Source: Podarcis tiliguerta
Lineage: Eukaryota
DNA: 64,000 nt
NCBI GenBank assembly: GCA_965153285.1
Contig: OZ229111.1
Strand: one strand, 5' to 3'
Shown: piece by piece, positions 59,801 to 64,000 of the stretch
How positions within the stretch are numbered: the stretch's first letter is position 1
Layout: every line of letters starts with the position of its first letter
Notes under the pieces: generated by a model
What the model saw: only the letters and a program-made list of their open reading frames with translations
Databases searched by the model: none
What the model was told of the DNA's origin: nothing
Made by a program: the position numbers and the translations under genes

Positions 59801-62800
59801 TTTTTGAACAGTTGCCATTAGGGCATTTAAATGAGCAAAACATAGCTCTGAAGCATCCTAAAATGGTTTAGGTGTAAGCAATTAACGACACAAGACACAA
59901 CTCACTCAAATAACTGAATGATATAAGCAGTGTAGAAACCTATACTGTTCAATAATATATGTTTCTAATTTTAAACACTGGTTAACTGGATTAACAACAA
60001 AAAAGTAAAGCAGAAGAAAGCAGCAAAGCCTGAGAAAGTTGCATTCTTTTGGCATGCAAAAGAGATCCTCTGTGCCTGTAGCTCAAGTACTAACTAGTAT
60101 GTGTCCTAGACCTAAAAAGGAAAATTCTAAATCAATACCAACAAAACTTAGTTAGTGTAGCAACCAATACAGTTTTTGGTACAAATATATAATATAAATA
60201 TACCATGAAATATAAAGCTATTATAATCCAACATGGATAGTTGACAAAACACAACCATCACTGCGAAGTTAACCTCTCAAGTGCCAGTTTTTTTATATAT
60301 CCACCTTCCAGCTTTATAGTCCTGCCAAAAAGAAATCTGATGTAAGGAAGTGTTTCAGAGCTTTAGTGGCACCACTTAGAAAGCCCTGTCTCGTACACTT
60401 GCCACCTGTCTTCTCACAATAATAGGACAGAAAGCAGGGTCCCTAGCTGAACTTAAAGACTGAGGTGGTTTATTATGCCTGGTTGTTTGGAATCAAAATA
60501 TGCTTTGAACTTGCTAATTCTGGTTGGCTAACCCCATGATTTGGAGTTTGAGGTCTGTGAGCCTAAGGCTGCAATCTTAAACATCTGAGTAGACCTGCAT
60601 TGGATTCTCCTGTTAAATGTTCCATTGAAGAGTATCAGAAACCCAGGATAAATGGCCTCTTTTCTTTCTGTTTTTAGATGAGTTTTATCATTTTTAAAAT
60701 TTCACACAATTTTTAATGTTTCATGGTCTGCAGCTTTCAGATGTCCAACTGCTGTTGCCTCAATTTTTAGTGCCTTGCTTATGTTTTTTATTGTTACATT
60801 TTGTGATTTTATTACATAAACTCCTCTCGACAGATTTACACAAAGTAGCCCAATAATACGTAAAATAATTTCAGAGCTACTTCTGTACTTGCATTTTCCA
60901 TCTACTCTGCATTAAGCTTTATGTTCACTCCACCCTCATCTTTACTTTACACTCATAACAATTCTGTGAGGATACCACAACCAGCTCAAGATCAGAAAGC
61001 ATGGTTCATGGCCAAACAGGAGAATCTGAACCAGGCTACCCCAGAGCTGGTTCTCTGCAAGCCACATCATGATTTGCAAACCCACCTCAACCCATGGCTT
61101 CTAATTCTAGTTTGGTAGCCCACACATAATCTTCAGAAACCATGCTAGACTGTAGTTAAGCATTCTCAACTATGGCTGACCATGATGTCCAAACTGACTA
61201 TAACTATGCATTAGGATGGTCTCTGTGTGCTGATTTTCACAAGCATTGCTTCCCCCCCCCCCCAAACTTCTAAGAAAACCCAGTTTAGAGATGAGATGCC
61301 TTTGAAATGAGGAAACTGTGCGGAAGTCCCGCGTTACAATGTTGCTTTATTTATTATGGTAGAGTAGACCTCCCTTCAATCACATTCCCTGGGCAGTATA
61401 CAAAAAATAAAATTAGAATGTAGCAAGTATTTCTCAAATTGATTAGGTAGTCTTGAGGTCAATCAGTTTAGGAGTATGTAAAGCAAAGCAAAAATAATAC
61501 TACAATTAAGAATTGAAAATAGATTTGAAATTTTAGCAATTTGTTTTTACCAGTTATCCTCCCCCCTCCCTGAAATGATAAACAACACTGTTCAGATGCA
61601 TTCATCCACAGTAAACCTTTATTTTCTGACAAGCTAGCACAGCCTGCAAATTCAAATGAACAGGAATCCTATTTACTGTATGGACCCCACAGAAAACCTG
61701 GAGAATCTGGAGATGAATAGTGGAATCTAAAAATACAAAACTGATAGATTTTGGATTGACTCTGAAGCACCTGGCTTAATTCTCTGCTCACGTACAGGTT
61801 CACTTAATTGTTCTGGACAATTTCCACTCTTGCCTTCAACACCCAAATAGTAAAACACAGTTCATCAACCACTTTTGTCATCAAACCCAATGACAAAGCC
61901 TTCAATGCAGATCCAACCTCCATGCCTCATTGCAATTCTGCCTCAAGCGTACTGAGCAAGAGATCTGACTGCAACGTGGCAGGCATATTGGATGGACTCT
62001 TATGCCAGAGGCACCCTCTTCTACTCCTGCGTGCAATAAAGAACTGCTGGCTGTCCCACAGGCTGGCCACCCAGGCTGCAAAAGATGACCAGTTAAATAC
62101 CAGGTAAATTATAACTAAACTACTATTCTTTATTTATTCTTGAAGGAAGGGAACTCTCTCAGCTACACCCACTTGCCATATTGATGCAGCACCAAAATTG
62201 TTCTGGGGCAGGGCGACTTACTATGGTGTACCAGACTACAGACCTAGAGTTCTCAACTGCACTGTGCTGTGGAGGGTTTTTCAGTACCTCCCTAGTCACG
62301 TTCAGACCACTTCCTGCTGGGTTTAAGCCAGCAGCAACTACTACCCTCTGTAGGAGCAGCAAATCCAGTAGGACAGTCCAAAAATGAACTTAATTCAGTG
62401 GTTTCCAAAAAGCCCTCAAGGAGTCCTGTTGGCATGTCCAGCACACCAAGCCTTCGTCTCAATTGCTCAGGAAGTTAGCACAATTGTTCCTAAGGGTTCT
62501 CTCTCACAGGGCAGAGCCTGGTCCCTGGTTTACCTAGTAACTTAGCTAAGGAAGCAGGCAGCAAGACTACTAGAATGCAGGTGGTAGAAGGCTCACATCG
62601 AATATGACTAAACACAGGTAAAAGTTCACTACTGAGCCTACTCTGTGGCCATAACAGCAAGGAAACACTTCTCTGCTAACCATCACATACTTGGGAGTGG
62701 TGTCCAGCAGAGATATTCCAAGCAGCTCATGGCTTAGTACCACATGAAAGGATTCAAAAAACCTTCAGCGCCTGCTGTAACATGTTTGCTAAACATGTTG

Positions 62801-64000
62801 TCAAGACAAAATCGTTTACCTTCACCTTCATCAGAGTCTAGATGCTACAATTATGGCAGTTCAGTCCGAGGATGTGTCAAAAGCACTGTCTGATGTAGCA
62901 TTGTGGGATGAATTTCAGTTGATGCAGCTTGAAAATGCAAGACAAGGTGCTTGGGGCTATGTAACCTACTTTTTGTTCACTTGATCTTTACCACTCATGG
63001 CTAATTACTAGAGATGGGGAAGATCTCCCAAGCTTTCCTCAGATTAGCATGGAAATTACCAGGGTTTTTAAAGAGAGAAATGGAAGAACTCTGAACCTGG
63101 GCACAAACAGTCTAGCCAGTTATCCATACTTTGCTGCAATGTGTTACGAGGGACCTGAACAGATTTGGCAAGCTGGAGTTAGAATTCTAGCAGCTACATT
63201 TTAGAAAAACCAGGATCTCTAATTAGAAATATGATTTTTGAAAAATAATAAAAAAGACCTTTACTGGCTGTTCATCAACTTCCAATATCAAGTCAAGGTG
63301 CTTACTTTTAAACCCTTCACAGCTTGGGATCCAGGTATGTAAAACAACACCTAGTCCCTACTACGCATATATCAATATTTAGTGACATTTTCCACCAATT
63401 GGAGAAGGAGATGGAAACTAGAGAAAGCACATTTGTGGCTGTGTTATAGTGTCTTTGGAATTCCCTCCAATGAAACCCACTTGATTCCTTCTTTATCTTT
63501 TAAGTGCCATGAAAAAACTTTATTTGCCCAGGATTTATAAAAATATATCTGGTATTTTAAGCTCCCTATTCCTATAATTGACAGTACTTGACACTATTTG
63601 ATGGTTTTAATATTGCTTTATATTTATTGTATCTTAATGCACAGAAATACCATTAGCCACCCTGGGAACCATTGATGGTAATACGAAAATCTTTTTTTTA
63701 AAATATATTGAACCTGTGCTGTACATCACTTATCAAGGACAGTATACAAATAGCTAATATTTAATGATATGGTTTGAGGCCAGCTCCAAGCCTGTTTAGC
63801 ATCTGGACTGGTGACCAGAGAGCAGCAAAACAGCTACAATCTCCTCTCTAGGAGCCCATACAATCATGTTAACTGGGTTGTTCATTATACAAATTATTAT
63901 AATTACATGTCAATTTATGATAGCACCTCATGCATCAGATGAAGCAGACTTTACTCTATGAAAGCTTATCCCACAACAAATTTGTTAATTTTTAAGTCTG

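Noticed and set aside
51207-64000. LARP1 first exon or another gene in the last 12.8 kb
   Set aside because: No CpG island, no LARP1 N-terminal peptide and no convincing ORF; treated as intron, though an unrecognised alternative first exon cannot be excluded

Overview
Vertebrate nuclear DNA, almost certainly squamate and probably a lacertid lizard, judged from the Sauria/Squam-type SINEs and the CR1, L2, L1, BovB, hAT and Tc1-mariner content. Two spliced genes lie tail-to-tail. FAXDC2 is on + with a complete CDS in 8 coding exons (592-18726, 336 aa). LARP1 is on - with 18 coding exons (51206-26164); its first exon is not identified in the window and presumably lies to the right, and it has a ~5.6 kb 3'UTR. 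All exon phases join into uninterrupted frames. Introns are packed with transposons, including a near-full-length CR1 LINE nested in a DNA-transposon pile. The most notable observations are three. (1) A hAT element with TIRs and a perfect 8-bp TSD in LARP1 intron 10 has captured a decayed genomic copy of sepiapterin reductase (SPR) exon 1 with its splice donor, i.e. a vertebrate Pack-hAT; a cargo-free relative sits at ~54.9 kb. (2) The CR1 ORF1/ORF2 junction has an in-phase U_UUA_AAC slippery heptamer directly before the ORF1 stop with ORF2 in the -1 frame, suggesting programmed -1 ribosomal frameshifting. (3) LARP1 has a GC-AG intron and a candidate poison exon. All homology calls come from visual comparison with remembered protein and repeat families; no database search was run.
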